A DNA stretch of 36,673 nt from a virus. The DNA is taken from UHGV virus genome UHGV-0026823. One strand, written 5' to 3'. Of the stretch, positions 18,805 through 28,370 are shown one piece after another (the first letter of the stretch is position 1; the number at the start of each line of letters is the position of its first letter). The notes below the pieces were generated by a model. It had not been told where the DNA came from. It saw nothing but the letters and a program-made list of their open reading frames with translations, and searched no databases. The translations under genes and the position numbers were made by a program.

Positions 18805-20370
18805 CTACTTTTTCTGTTCAAGTGGTGCAACTAATCGGATTGCAAAAATCTTTGTTGTAGGCATTAGTGAAATTTTAGTCCAATCAGCATATGAGATCGG
18901 ATATCTTAATGTTTTAGTGTATAAATACCACCAATTCTCTGGGTTGTTTTGATCTGTACGGATTGGGATATCTGAAGATACTGGGGTATCACTTGATGAT
19001 TCAGTTGAGATAGTGTTGCCGTCAATAATATTTATTTTACCTTCAAATATTATTTCTGTATCTCTCATTGTAGATCCACCATTATCTGGTTCGAGATCTG
19101 ATCCAATGTATATAAATGAATCAAAAGATAAAGTACCAGTTGTAGTGTCTATTGGTTCATACTCACCAGAATCTTCAACTTTAGTATATCTATAAAGAGT
19201 ACCTGAATCAATTAAATAACAAGAATAGTCTCCAAGAACTATTTCATTATTAGTGTGACATCCTGATTGAACTTTATTATTAAGAATATAAAACATCATA
19301 TTCCTACGTTGAGATGATTTAATAATCAATGAGTCAAGATCTTGACAATATAAAACCTCTTCTCGAAGGTATTGAGTTGTTAGATCTTCGTATGCAGATA
19401 ATTGATTAAGTTTAAGATATGTTCGAACTTTCATTAACCAAGTATTAAGAGATACATAAGCTCCTAATACTGTGATCGCTTCTTTATCAACTACAGCACA
19501 CGTAAATTTATCTACAGATCCAACGCCATACATTGGTAATTTATGCTGATATTCTTGTAGTACATTAAAGTCTTCTGCCGATACCCAATAAATTGAAGAT
19601 GTGTTATAATTTACAAGATAGAAGTTTGTTGCAGTTGGTTGGCCTACAAAATAAGATCCAACAATTCTCGAGTCTTCAGACCAAATAACAGTTGATGTTC
19701 CAGTTTCAACAGAGCTCCAATCATATGGAGTTGACCCAATGATATTTAATCTAGTTGATAAATAAAGAGTGTTACCTTGAACTAAAATGTCTCGGATATA
19801 GTTTGTTGCAGTTTTAAGGGTTGTTGTAGTCCAGCCTGATAATTTAATAGTAAATTCATCTCCAAATGAGTTTGGCATCGGAGTGTTATAATTTATAGTA
19901 TATTGTGTATCATTTATGTAACATCTAAACTCACCGAGAGGGATTATCCAATTAGATCCAACTTTGATTTCAAGCTGTTTAGATGAATTAATTCTTGCTG
20001 TGTATTCAATCTCAGATACAGGAGTTTTGTTATTTATGAATTGATATTCAACCTCTGTTTCATTAAACCCAACTATTCCTTGAAAGCCACCTCTGTATTT
20101 TTCCTTTACAGCCGGGAGTTCTGTTACAAGAAACCCAGAATCAGTTTTATATGCAACTCGTTGGTTGATTATATAAATAAATTCTGTTACAGGAGTGATT
20201 GTTTTAACTTTAACATTTTCACCTTCAATAGTAAATACTGATTCAGGAGTTAAGTTATAAGTTGAAACGTATCCTTGTTCATCAATATAATAATTAGTTC
20301 CATGGATTACAGGAATACCATTCTTTTCTTGGAGTTCTGGATTAATTCGAGTATCATTTGAAAATATCAT
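18805..20370 (-). CDS. Beta-rich virion protein, probably a tail or host-recognition component, 521 aa.
   Basis: Composition is high in N/S/T/Y/G with many short beta-like segments. The ORF belongs to a four-gene block of similar proteins. Confidence 0.4.
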   Translation of the reverse strand: MIFSNDTRINPELQEKNGIPVIHGTNYYIDEQGYVSTYNLTPESVFTIEGENVKVKTITPVTEFIYIINQRVAYKTDSGFLVTELPAVKEKYRGGFQGIVGFNETEVEYQFINNKTPVSEIEYTARINSSKQLEIKVGSNWIIPLGEFRCYINDTQYTINYNTPMPNSFGDEFTIKLSGWTTTTLKTATNYIRDILVQGNTLYLSTRLNIIGSTPYDWSSVETGTSTVIWSEDSRIVGSYFVGQPTATNFYLVNYNTSSIYWVSAEDFNVLQEYQHKLPMYGVGSVDKFTCAVVDKEAITVLGAYVSLNTWLMKVRTYLKLNQLSAYEDLTTQYLREEVLYCQDLDSLIIKSSQRRNMMFYILNNKVQSGCHTNNEIVLGDYSCYLIDSGTLYRYTKVEDSGEYEPIDTTTGTLSFDSFIYIGSDLEPDNGGSTMRDTEIIFEGKINIIDGNTISTESSSDTPVSSDIPIRTDQNNPENWWYLYTKTLRYPISYADWTKISLMPTTKIFAIRLVAPLEQKK

Positions 20371-20382
20371 TTTTATACGTCC

Positions 20383-22767
20383 TTATCTTGGCTGGTTAAA
20401 GGTTTTAGCGTAAGTATCCCAATTTAATCTATAATTGTTATAAAATTCTTCATCTGTTTGAACATCGGCATGATCAGTAGTTGTAACAGTAGAAGAGACT
20501 TTGTCTAAATTATTGTATGTTTGTACTTCATATAGATCACCAGCATCGCCATTAAAATTAACACCTAAACTAGCATCACCAAAAGTTATTCCTAGGGGTT
20601 TAATTCCAATTTTAAGAGGGGAATCTCGATAATAACCCGAGCCACTATAATAACCAAAATCAACAGTTAAACCATGTGATTTGTAGTTTGGCGTTGCTTC
20701 ACCAATGCAATATGCCTGAGCTATATATTGTTTATCTTTATCGTAGCATTTTAATACACCCCAAATTCTAGTGCCATATGATGATAGTGTACATAGTATA
20801 TATTTAACATTATTTATATCAGTTACGTTAGCCTCACCTGAGTTTCCATTTGTACAACCTAAGATAATTTTACCATTGGAGTAATATAATACAAAACCAG
20901 TACTTGAAGAGTTTACTATGCAGAATTGTGCATATCCTGAGGCGGTTGTTATTCTAGTAATTGTTTTGGGGTCAATTGAAAAACAAAATGAAGCAGAGTT
21001 TGTTCTATTACTTTCACCATCTGGATCATTATTAGTAAAAGATACATTTGATACTACTTTAAATGAATCATTTGAACTTCCACCATAACCTTTACAAGTT
21101 ATAATACCAGTATTAGGATCAAAATCATTTTGACGAGCTGTTGGTACAGTCCAGTTTGTAGAGTTTAAAGAATAAGTTTGATATTTATTTAGTGAATTTT
21201 CCTCAATAGCATCGGCGAGCGCTGCTGCGTCAAATTTATTTTCCTTATCTAATTCATTAAACCAAGGTCGATTGTAATAAAATTCTTTTTGCTTTGATAA
21301 TGCTAATCGTGTTGCTAGACCTTGAGGATCATTATCAGGAACTGATGTTAAACCAGAATCAAAATCCAAATTATAATCTGTACAACCGGATCTTCTATTT
21401 TTAAATACTAATTCATGATAGATTGCTTTACCTTGATATTTAATACCTTGATCACTATTTCTACCAGGTTGCCAAATTTGTTGAGGTGATTCAAGTTTAC
21501 CACGTGTATAAGAACAACCAGGAATAAATATTCTACAACATGATCCTCCTTCTTCTGGTAACCAAGGTAATTGAGAAGTCGATACACCACCAAATGAAGT
21601 TATTGTTGGATTAACATACCAAGATCCATAAGATACTGGGTGAGCATATTGAACACTATTTAATTCATCTGATTCATTACAACCAATTGTAGCAGTATAT
21701 GAATTATCATAACCGTTACCAAGATAATATAAAACTATACCTGGTACTTGCCGATGAGTTGTTTGAATATTGTTTTTTAAATTTCTTTTATCAGTTGTAT
21801 TCCAAGCAAATACATTTGCAAGTTGAGATTCAGTTACAAGAGCATCTTTAATTGAAGCACTATGAGCATAGTTAATACCTTGTTTAATACGATCTTCTCT
21901 TGATGTTAACAACGCTTGTTTTTGATCAAGAGTTATTAAATTATTATTATTGTAGTTATCTAGGGAATTCATGAATTCGTGTTGATCTGAAGTAAAGTTA
22001 ACTACGCTTTGACTTGGGGGATCTTTGATTTTAAATTGATCAACTCCAACTGATTCAAGATTGCCGTTTGATTTATTATAGTTTGCAATAGCAATTAATG
22101 TGCAATATCTACTTGATAAGTCTGTTTCAATTGATCCATTTTTACAACGATACCAAGAGTTATTAGTTGTATTAAACCACGCAACAACCTCATCAGTATA
22201 TGTTGAAGCTGGTATAGTATCCTGAAAGAAAATGTTATAAAATCTCCAATAATCAGTGGATGAAGCGTCACTTAATAATACATAATGAGATTGATAATTT
22301 TGAGAGCTATTACCTGAGAATGAATATGATCTATTAGAACCGGTGTAAGTATATTCTCCTTTACCTGTATTTATGTGCATATTTTGAGGGACTATAAAGT
22401 TAGTACCATCAACATAGCATAATGGAGAATCTGAATAATATCCATAATAATATTGATAAGATTCAAGATCTGTGATTTTAGAAGGTTTATTTCCTTTAGG
22501 ATCTAGTGTTAATTTGCTATTCCACATAGGAGCAGATGATGAATAAATTGATAAAGCAGTATTATTAGATAAATCTCTGTTAATCTTTTTATCAACAGTA
22601 TCTCCAAGAAGTAATTTTAATACAGGTCTGAGGCAAAATAGATCTGCATATTTATGTTGCGCTAACACATCAGCTTCATTAATTGATGTTGAAGCGAGTT
22701 GAGCCTCGTATGCATTTACTTTATCTACTATTAAATTTGCTCGAGTTTGAAGTTCAAGAAGATTCAT
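20383..22767 (-). CDS. Large virion protein, possibly tail tubular or fiber type, 794 aa.
   Basis: As above. It contains a CCRIFIPGC motif. The size matches tail tubular B proteins, but that match is only coincidental evidence. Confidence 0.4.
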   Translation of the reverse strand: MNLLELQTRANLIVDKVNAYEAQLASTSINEADVLAQHKYADLFCLRPVLKLLLGDTVDKKINRDLSNNTALSIYSSSAPMWNSKLTLDPKGNKPSKITDLESYQYYYGYYSDSPLCYVDGTNFIVPQNMHINTGKGEYTYTGSNRSYSFSGNSSQNYQSHYVLLSDASSTDYWRFYNIFFQDTIPASTYTDEVVAWFNTTNNSWYRCKNGSIETDLSSRYCTLIAIANYNKSNGNLESVGVDQFKIKDPPSQSVVNFTSDQHEFMNSLDNYNNNNLITLDQKQALLTSREDRIKQGINYAHSASIKDALVTESQLANVFAWNTTDKRNLKNNIQTTHRQVPGIVLYYLGNGYDNSYTATIGCNESDELNSVQYAHPVSYGSWYVNPTITSFGGVSTSQLPWLPEEGGSCCRIFIPGCSYTRGKLESPQQIWQPGRNSDQGIKYQGKAIYHELVFKNRRSGCTDYNLDFDSGLTSVPDNDPQGLATRLALSKQKEFYYNRPWFNELDKENKFDAAALADAIEENSLNKYQTYSLNSTNWTVPTARQNDFDPNTGIITCKGYGGSSNDSFKVVSNVSFTNNDPDGESNRTNSASFCFSIDPKTITRITTASGYAQFCIVNSSSTGFVLYYSNGKIILGCTNGNSGEANVTDINNVKYILCTLSSYGTRIWGVLKCYDKDKQYIAQAYCIGEATPNYKSHGLTVDFGYYSGSGYYRDSPLKIGIKPLGITFGDASLGVNFNGDAGDLYEVQTYNNLDKVSSTVTTTDHADVQTDEEFYNNYRLNWDTYAKTFNQPR

Positions 22768-22774
22768 TTATTAA

Positions 22775-24856
22775 TTATCCTTTAAAGTTTCCACTATTTA
22801 ATTTAGATATATCACCAAGCTTGTTAATATCGATATTACTTGCAATTAATATATTTTTATCACATTTATTAGTTGATTTTTGAGTTGAGAAATAATACGT
22901 AAATCTATCAGTTCCACATCCATGAGTCCAAGGTAATCCTTGATCTTCATATTGACATTTTAAATCTGTAATAATCATATAAATATCAACGCCAGTTAAA
23001 GGTTCAGGAGGAGAATCTGTTAAAGCAAAGTTTGCTGTTGCGGTAGTTGATCCGCAAAAACCACCATTACCTGATACAGATACACCGAATAATCCAATAC
23101 CTGATCCGCCAATACCACAACGTTGATCTCTTGTATAGCAATAAGCATTATCACTGTGACTAGTTTCAGTATGGGTTACTGTAGAGCAATCATCATCATT
23201 GCAGACATTAATAAGAATTTTCATCCCTTCCCTATTAGTTGAGAAATTTCTAACTGAAACAGCACAAGGATTATTTATAGTTAAGTCTTGATTTTTTCCG
23301 TCAACATATACAAATGGATTACCACAGCATGCGTCCCATCGTAAAGTTCCAGAATACATATTTGGATTATTATTGCCTTGATCTAATAATTTATAATTAG
23401 ATAAATCAGGTACATTTGGATTAAAATATGATCCAATAGTTTGGAAGCAGGTATTAATTGTTTGGGTACAATATGAATTTTCATATGCTGAATCTGAATA
23501 AGTAATTGTACCAGTCATACAACCACCATTAGATCCATTATCATTACCCGGGTTACCACCATCGCCGTAGTTGTTACCAGATCCATCTCCATTTGGAGTA
23601 AACATAAATTCATAGGACCAACCTTCACCTACAATTCTACCATTAAAATCAGTTATAGTAGGTATTGTTTGATCATCGTTATTTACAAATTTATATTCAA
23701 TATCTTTACTTGAGGTTTCTTCATATTCTTGCATATCTGGATCTTTAGGGAATACAAGAGTTTGATATGGAGTATATGTTCGACGAAGATTATTAAATGG
23801 AATAATTAATGAATCATGTGATATACAACTTAAATAACTTGGAGACCAATGTTGAGCATAAGAATCATGGTTATAGTGAACAGATCCTGATGTTCTATGA
23901 TAGATTCCTCGTTGAAGGAATGAATATGAATATTGACCAAGTGTATCTAAATTAGGAGTATCTAATGGAGTTGTATTAATTAAGTTGTGGCATAAATAAG
24001 AACCAGCTGTAGTAGCAGATCTAGGTTGAATTAAGTTTGATAACCACAATCCAGGTTTAGTAGTATTTGCAACTCCAAATTGACCAATAGATCCTATGAA
24101 TTGACATCTTGTAAGAGCAACTGCACCTTGAGTTCCTGTAAATTCAAGTTTAAAATAGTTATAATATTTAGTATTTGAAGATAGATCTACACTCCAAGTT
24201 GCTTGCACTGAACTTTGATCAGGGTTTGTTCCAGTTCCAATAGTTTCCCAAGTAGATCCGTCATCTGAGCCAGATATAGTTACTGTGTTTACTGGGTAAA
24301 GAGTAGTTGAAGTCTTATTCATAAAATTGATTGATGTTAAATTAAGAGGATCAATAAGATAAATAAGAACAGTTTGAGTATTTGAGTTAGAAGATTGATA
24401 CAAGCTAGAGTATGAAGTGTAGTTATTCCAACAATTATTAAAGTAAGACGTTGTATTCCATCCAGTTGATACTTCGCAATTTTTAGTAGTATCTATTACA
24501 TCTACGTGATCCAATAAGTATTGAGATTGATCATATGGTTTTGATGAAGTTATAACAGAGGATTTACCAATTGACTTTGTAGTTGAAGAAAATAAAGGTA
24601 AGCCGTCAATTAAAGTTGTAATATATTTTTTACCAGTTGAATCAATATTATTAACTAATATTTTATTAAGACCTTTAGTAATATATTTACGAGTCCATGT
24701 TCTTAATTGATCAAAATTTGGGTATGGTACAAGCTCAGCACCTGCCTCTTGAATAACAGTACCATCTTGTACATTTGTATTTTCAGCTTGTTTAAGTAGA
24801 TCTTCTATTCGATCTCTTTTAATTTTAGTTATTCGTTGATTCGATTTCCGTTTCAT
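22775..24856 (-). CDS. Large virion protein with a Gly/Asn-rich low-complexity segment and a Cys-rich C-terminal domain of about 20 Cys, 693 aa.
   Basis: Direct reading (GDGSGNNYGDGGNPGNDNGSNGGC ... WDACCGNP ... CNDDDCS ... CYTRDQRCG ... HGCGTD). Confidence 0.4.
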   Translation of the reverse strand: MKRKSNQRITKIKRDRIEDLLKQAENTNVQDGTVIQEAGAELVPYPNFDQLRTWTRKYITKGLNKILVNNIDSTGKKYITTLIDGLPLFSSTTKSIGKSSVITSSKPYDQSQYLLDHVDVIDTTKNCEVSTGWNTTSYFNNCWNNYTSYSSLYQSSNSNTQTVLIYLIDPLNLTSINFMNKTSTTLYPVNTVTISGSDDGSTWETIGTGTNPDQSSVQATWSVDLSSNTKYYNYFKLEFTGTQGAVALTRCQFIGSIGQFGVANTTKPGLWLSNLIQPRSATTAGSYLCHNLINTTPLDTPNLDTLGQYSYSFLQRGIYHRTSGSVHYNHDSYAQHWSPSYLSCISHDSLIIPFNNLRRTYTPYQTLVFPKDPDMQEYEETSSKDIEYKFVNNDDQTIPTITDFNGRIVGEGWSYEFMFTPNGDGSGNNYGDGGNPGNDNGSNGGCMTGTITYSDSAYENSYCTQTINTCFQTIGSYFNPNVPDLSNYKLLDQGNNNPNMYSGTLRWDACCGNPFVYVDGKNQDLTINNPCAVSVRNFSTNREGMKILINVCNDDDCSTVTHTETSHSDNAYCYTRDQRCGIGGSGIGLFGVSVSGNGGFCGSTTATANFALTDSPPEPLTGVDIYMIITDLKCQYEDQGLPWTHGCGTDRFTYYFSTQKSTNKCDKNILIASNIDINKLGDISKLNSGNFKG

Positions 24857-25796
24857 CTGCTACCATCCATATTGTTGGGTCTTTTGAAGTAAGAAATGTT
24901 GGTGTTAAATAATTTACGTTTGGATTAACTACCGTTGGATCAATATAACCAGTTACTTGATCTGGATTAATAATTGAATTTTGAGCAGTTCCAACTAAGG
25001 TGAATGGGACACCTCGTGTAGGAATTGATCTTGGAGTAGCTACACTTGCTCTGTAGTTAAAGTTAACTACTTGTGATAATCGATTATCTTCATAAGCTAC
25101 AGGTCCTGTAGTATACATTTGATCAAGACAAGATCCATAATAAAATAATGTTGATGATCCTACATATTGACCAGCTAGAGCTTGGAAGTCTGAATAAACT
25201 CCAGATAGATTTCCTTTATATACGTCTGGATGATTATCTACATTTGATTCTAAAGTATTAGTGGTGAGAGCATTAAGAGAAGGGTAGTTACAGTTAGGAA
25301 CAGTAGAACTAGTGATCTGGTTAGCATAGAATGTGTCGTTGTATTCCAATACTGTATGATTGTCATCATCAAGATAAAATATAGTAATATTATCATTTAA
25401 TTTCTCCGTAAGAACTGCGGTTGTAGAATCTTTTTTAAATACATCGTACATATATCCAGGACCATCAGAGTGACTTCCGGATGTTCTTAGATAATTACCA
25501 CACGAGTGAATTGTAGAACCAGTTCTTTCAAGGATACCAGTAAACAATTTTTTGATATCAGCAAATGCTGTATCAGTTAATAATTTATTATCAGTAATTG
25601 ATAAAGCATTTTTAAGAAGTGTAAACGCTGATTTCTTTTGAGATAGATCTACTTCGAAAGCATTATCCCAAACGAATTTCTGATAGACTTTTACAAGTCC
25701 ATTAGTATAATCTGTAAGGAATTGAATACATCTTTCATATTCGGATTGATTAGTAGATCCATCATCGTTTATTATTTTAAACTTTTCGACTGCCAT
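24825..25796 (-). CDS. Virion protein, possibly a tail adaptor or fiber-proximal protein, 323 aa.
   Basis: It is the first gene of the structural block and has a beta-rich composition. Confidence 0.35.
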   Translation of the reverse strand: MAVEKFKIINDDGSTNQSEYERCIQFLTDYTNGLVKVYQKFVWDNAFEVDLSQKKSAFTLLKNALSITDNKLLTDTAFADIKKLFTGILERTGSTIHSCGNYLRTSGSHSDGPGYMYDVFKKDSTTAVLTEKLNDNITIFYLDDDNHTVLEYNDTFYANQITSSTVPNCNYPSLNALTTNTLESNVDNHPDVYKGNLSGVYSDFQALAGQYVGSSTLFYYGSCLDQMYTTGPVAYEDNRLSQVVNFNYRASVATPRSIPTRGVPFTLVGTAQNSIINPDQVTGYIDPTVVNPNVNYLTPTFLTSKDPTIWMVADETEIESTNN

Positions 25797-25915
25797 TAAT
25801 CTTCCTCATCTAGTACTTGGATGAAATTCATACAAGCGTTATATACTCGTTTGCAGAATACATCTGAGTTCATCATTCGATTAAATAATTCTTCTATTAA
25901 TTCATCATCAGTCAT
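25796..25915 (-). CDS. Possible acidic mini-protein, 39 aa (MTDDELIEELFNRMMNSDVFCKRVYNACMNFIQVLDEED).
   Basis: An ORF that exactly fills the gap between endonuclease I and the 323-aa gene. The stop and start overlap (TAATG). Confidence 0.3.
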   Translation of the reverse strand: MTDDELIEELFNRMMNSDVFCKRVYNACMNFIQVLDEED

Positions 25916-25920
25916 AATAA

Positions 25921-26274
25921 TTAAATATCCTTATAAGATTTCCATTTGATTCCATTTTTATCACAGTAATCTGCATAACTTGTCTTAGAACCTTTATTAA
26001 TTTTGATATTAGGGTTTTGAAAAACCATTATAATCTCATATTCTGGATGTTGGTCAACTAGTAATTTCATTTTCTTTCGATCACTTGCTGTCCATCTTCC
26101 TTTTAATTCATAAATTAATTTACCACGAACAAAATCAGGAGTGTATTTATGTTTAGATTCAGGTATTGTGTAGTCAATTTTTATAGGTTCATATTTAAAT
26201 CCAAGATATTCTAGGTGTTTTGATAATCGCTCTTCGAATTTACTTCTGAACTTTGAATTTTTCTTCTTCACCAT
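25921..26274 (-). CDS. Endonuclease I, the Holliday-junction resolvase, T7 gp3 homologue, 117 aa.
   Basis: Clear similarity to T7 gp3: HKYTPDF vs HTYTPDF, KGRWTASDRKK vs KGLWESDDRKK, QHPEYEIIMVF vs QHPELDIRIVF, and KGSKTSYADYCDKNGIKW vs KGSPTSYGEFCEKHGIKF. Confidence 0.85.
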   Translation of the reverse strand: MVKKKNSKFRSKFEERLSKHLEYLGFKYEPIKIDYTIPESKHKYTPDFVRGKLIYELKGRWTASDRKKMKLLVDQHPEYEIIMVFQNPNIKINKGSKTSYADYCDKNGIKWKSYKDI

Positions 26275-26629
26275 TACTTAACCTTATAATTAATTTGTTA
26301 TCTCCTTTTTCATCATCATCGAGTTGAGAAAATTTAATAACAATATTTAATAATTTATCAACTTGTTTTAATATATCAGCATCGCCTTCAGTCATTAATG
26401 TATCAACCTGTTTTAAAAGATTTGATCTGATCCGTTGAAATTTAACTGTTAACATTGCTGCTACAAGCTTGCAATATTCTTTATCTTTAAATAACTCATC
26501 AAGAAATTTAATAACTTTTATTGGAGTTAATTCTCGATATTTATTAGCTACATATCTTTGAAGATCTTCACCTTCAATATCATGACTTGCTAGGTCAAGT
26601 AATTCTTTTTCACTTAGATCTAAGGCCAT
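26240..26629 (-). CDS. Hypothetical helical acidic protein, 129 aa.
   Basis: ORF only. Confidence 0.4.
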   Translation of the reverse strand: MALDLSEKELLDLASHDIEGEDLQRYVANKYRELTPIKVIKFLDELFKDKEYCKLVAAMLTVKFQRIRSNLLKQVDTLMTEGDADILKQVDKLLNIVIKFSQLDDDEKGDNKLIIRLSNGEEEKFKVQK

Positions 26630-26888
26630 TGATTATCTCCGTTAGTTTAATTAATAGTTTATTTATTTCTTTTTCTCGAAATATAAAACGTAGAAATTTA
26701 TATACGCCAGGATCATTAAATCCTATTTCAACAAATCTCTGGCGCCTGCAATAGATTAAAAATAAATATTTACAATTTTGGACAGAGGTATCATAGAATG
26801 CGCTGTGTAATCTGAATCTATTTTGACCGGGCGTATATAAAACTTTGGTGATTGCAACTCTTAAAGAACAGATATTATAGAATTCCAT
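26610..26888 (-). CDS. Hypothetical protein. The start is trimmed to the internal Met (MEFYNICSL...), giving 92 aa. The longer 118-aa version would overlap the upstream gene by 77 nt.
   Basis: The internal ATG lies 1 nt after the upstream stop (TGACATGG). Confidence 0.35.
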   Translation of the reverse strand: MEFYNICSLRVAITKVLYTPGQNRFRLHSAFYDTSVQNCKYLFLIYCRRQRFVEIGFNDPGVYKFLRFIFREKEINKLLIKLTEIINGLRSK

Positions 26889-26889
26889 G

Positions 26890-27408
26890 TCACAGCCTAC
26901 GTTTAATTGTATCAAGGTTAACTTGTTGAGTGTGAACTTTAGCAGAAGATCTAGTACAAGCATCATTAATATACATTACTGCTTCACTTGGAGATACTCC
27001 TGATAAAACAAGATAAAGAGAGGTTAAAATTGGCTGAAGGTAGTAGTCATCAGCTAGAACATCAGTCTCTGAAGTAACAAAATTTTTAATTGTTCCGTCA
27101 TCTAGGTTTTGAAATAATCCAGTTCGAATAGTAAATGCTGATGTATCTGATGTATTAATTGTACCATCAGGATTCATTTCACAAGGTTTACCATTTTTTA
27201 GGAAAGCTATTCTATCAGATACTTTCGCTGGATATTTAGCTTTTGGCTCACCTTCAAGAGGAATTTCAACTATATATTGAGGTGTATTTGAAAGGGATAA
27301 TAGTAAGTTTAAATAACCAATTATCTTTTGTATACATCTGTGGGTTGGCTCTATTGGATAATTTATTCTAACCGCAAGAGCTTTATAAATATCAGTTACA
27401 TTGCTCAT
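26890..27408 (-). CDS. Hypothetical protein, 172 aa.
   Basis: ORF only. Confidence 0.45.
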   Translation of the reverse strand: MSNVTDIYKALAVRINYPIEPTHRCIQKIIGYLNLLLSLSNTPQYIVEIPLEGEPKAKYPAKVSDRIAFLKNGKPCEMNPDGTINTSDTSAFTIRTGLFQNLDDGTIKNFVTSETDVLADDYYLQPILTSLYLVLSGVSPSEAVMYINDACTRSSAKVHTQQVNLDTIKRRL

Positions 27409-27697
27409 TAGGAATACTCCAACATAATTCTGCTACATTGTAATTTTCAATTTGTTTTTGCATCCATGTTTCAAGGTAAGATTCAAAAGACCATTGCATA
27501 TCTTCATCAATGTTATAAACTATAATAACATCAACAGATTCAACTTTTGGATCTAGTTCAAATTCGTATGTTCCATTACCTTGTCTATGATTTCTGTAAC
27601 AAATTGATTTAATTTCACCAGCTAAATTAACTTGTTGTTTTAATTTATCAATTAATCCAACTGGAATATTATCAAATAATTGGGTGTTTTCAGCCAA
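27392..27697 (-). CDS. Hypothetical protein, 101 aa.
   Basis: ORF only. Confidence 0.45.
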   Translation of the reverse strand: MAENTQLFDNIPVGLIDKLKQQVNLAGEIKSICYRNHRQGNGTYEFELDPKVESVDVIIVYNIDEDMQWSFESYLETWMQKQIENYNVAELCWSIPNEQCN

Positions 27698-27699
27698 TA

Positions 27700-28053
27700 T
27701 TAAACTCCTTCTTGAGGTGGTACATCTGCTGCTTGTTCTTCTTCAACTAATTCAGACATTAATAGTCTAAATAATGATTGAGCTCCTTGAGGAGTGATAC
27801 CTAGAGCATCAGATAAAACTGCTGTCATAATATCTTCAGCCGTAATTTCTTCATCTGCTAGTCCTTGAGCTACAGCTTCAACTACTTGTTGATTGTTTGC
27901 AGCTACTTGTTCAGGTGGTATTTGTTCAGTAGATGCTGCTACTTCTGGAGTTACTGGAGGTTGTTCTGCTGGAGCTGTTGCGGCTGTTACTTCTGGTTGA
28001 ACTGGTGCTGCAGCTGCTTGTGGGTTTTCTTTTGGCGGTAAATTCATTGACAT
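27700..28053 (-). CDS. Highly acidic Pro/Ala/Glu/Val-rich low-complexity protein, 117 aa. It has about 20 acidic and 2 basic residues.
   Basis: Direct reading. The nucleotide composition is a GC-rich outlier and the N-terminus contains repeated PEV/PPV units. Confidence 0.5.
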   Translation of the reverse strand: MSMNLPPKENPQAAAAPVQPEVTAATAPAEQPPVTPEVAASTEQIPPEQVAANNQQVVEAVAQGLADEEITAEDIMTAVLSDALGITPQGAQSLFRLLMSELVEEEQAADVPPQEGV

Positions 28054-28064
28054 ATTGTTATCTC

Positions 28065-28370
28065 CTATTTAAATTTTATTTGTAGATTATACATTCCAGA
28101 TTCAATATTATGATTGAATTTAACATATTCTACATTATCTAATTTGTTTAAATGATTAACTATTTTATCAAGGATAATCATTCCTTTTATACTAGCAAAT
28201 CCAACACATTCAACCAAGTAGGAAAGGTGAGTATTGAGTGCGAGTGATTTAATCAGCCGTTTGTAGTTGAACGGACCTTGATTGAAGTGTGGATGAACTA
28301 GTGTTATTCGTTTTTCTTGTTTATTAAATATTATTCTTTTTGTATAAGGTAATATTTCATCTAACCACAT
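28065..28370 (-). CDS. Hypothetical protein immediately downstream of the ThyA-family gene, which it overlaps by 10 nt, 101 aa.
   Basis: ORF only. It is translationally coupled to the upstream enzyme gene. Confidence 0.45.
   Translation of the reverse strand: MWLDEILPYTKRIIFNKQEKRITLVHPHFNQGPFNYKRLIKSLALNTHLSYLVECVGFASIKGMIILDKIVNHLNKLDNVEYVKFNHNIESGMYNLQIKFK

Noticed and set aside
20383-22767. Calling the 794-aa ORF tail tubular protein B because its length equals that of T7 gp12.
   Set aside because: The length identity is coincidental evidence and no sequence motif could be verified by eye. It is kept as a generic virion or tail protein.
22775-24856. The frequent NxS/T sequons and Cys-rich domain could suggest a eukaryotic-virus glycoprotein.
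   Set aside because: The surrounding genes (terminase, portal, T7-like endonuclease I, prokaryotic SD sequences before almost every gene) are unambiguously phage and bacterial. N/S/T-rich composition alone generates sequons.
26610-26966. The 118-aa version of ORF 26610-26966, which begins 77 nt inside the upstream gene.
   Set aside because: An internal ATG at 26888 sits 1 nt after the upstream stop (TGACATGG) and gives a non-overlapping 92-aa protein. The longer N-terminus (MMLVLDLLLKFTLNK...) is probably an artefact of picking the first ATG.
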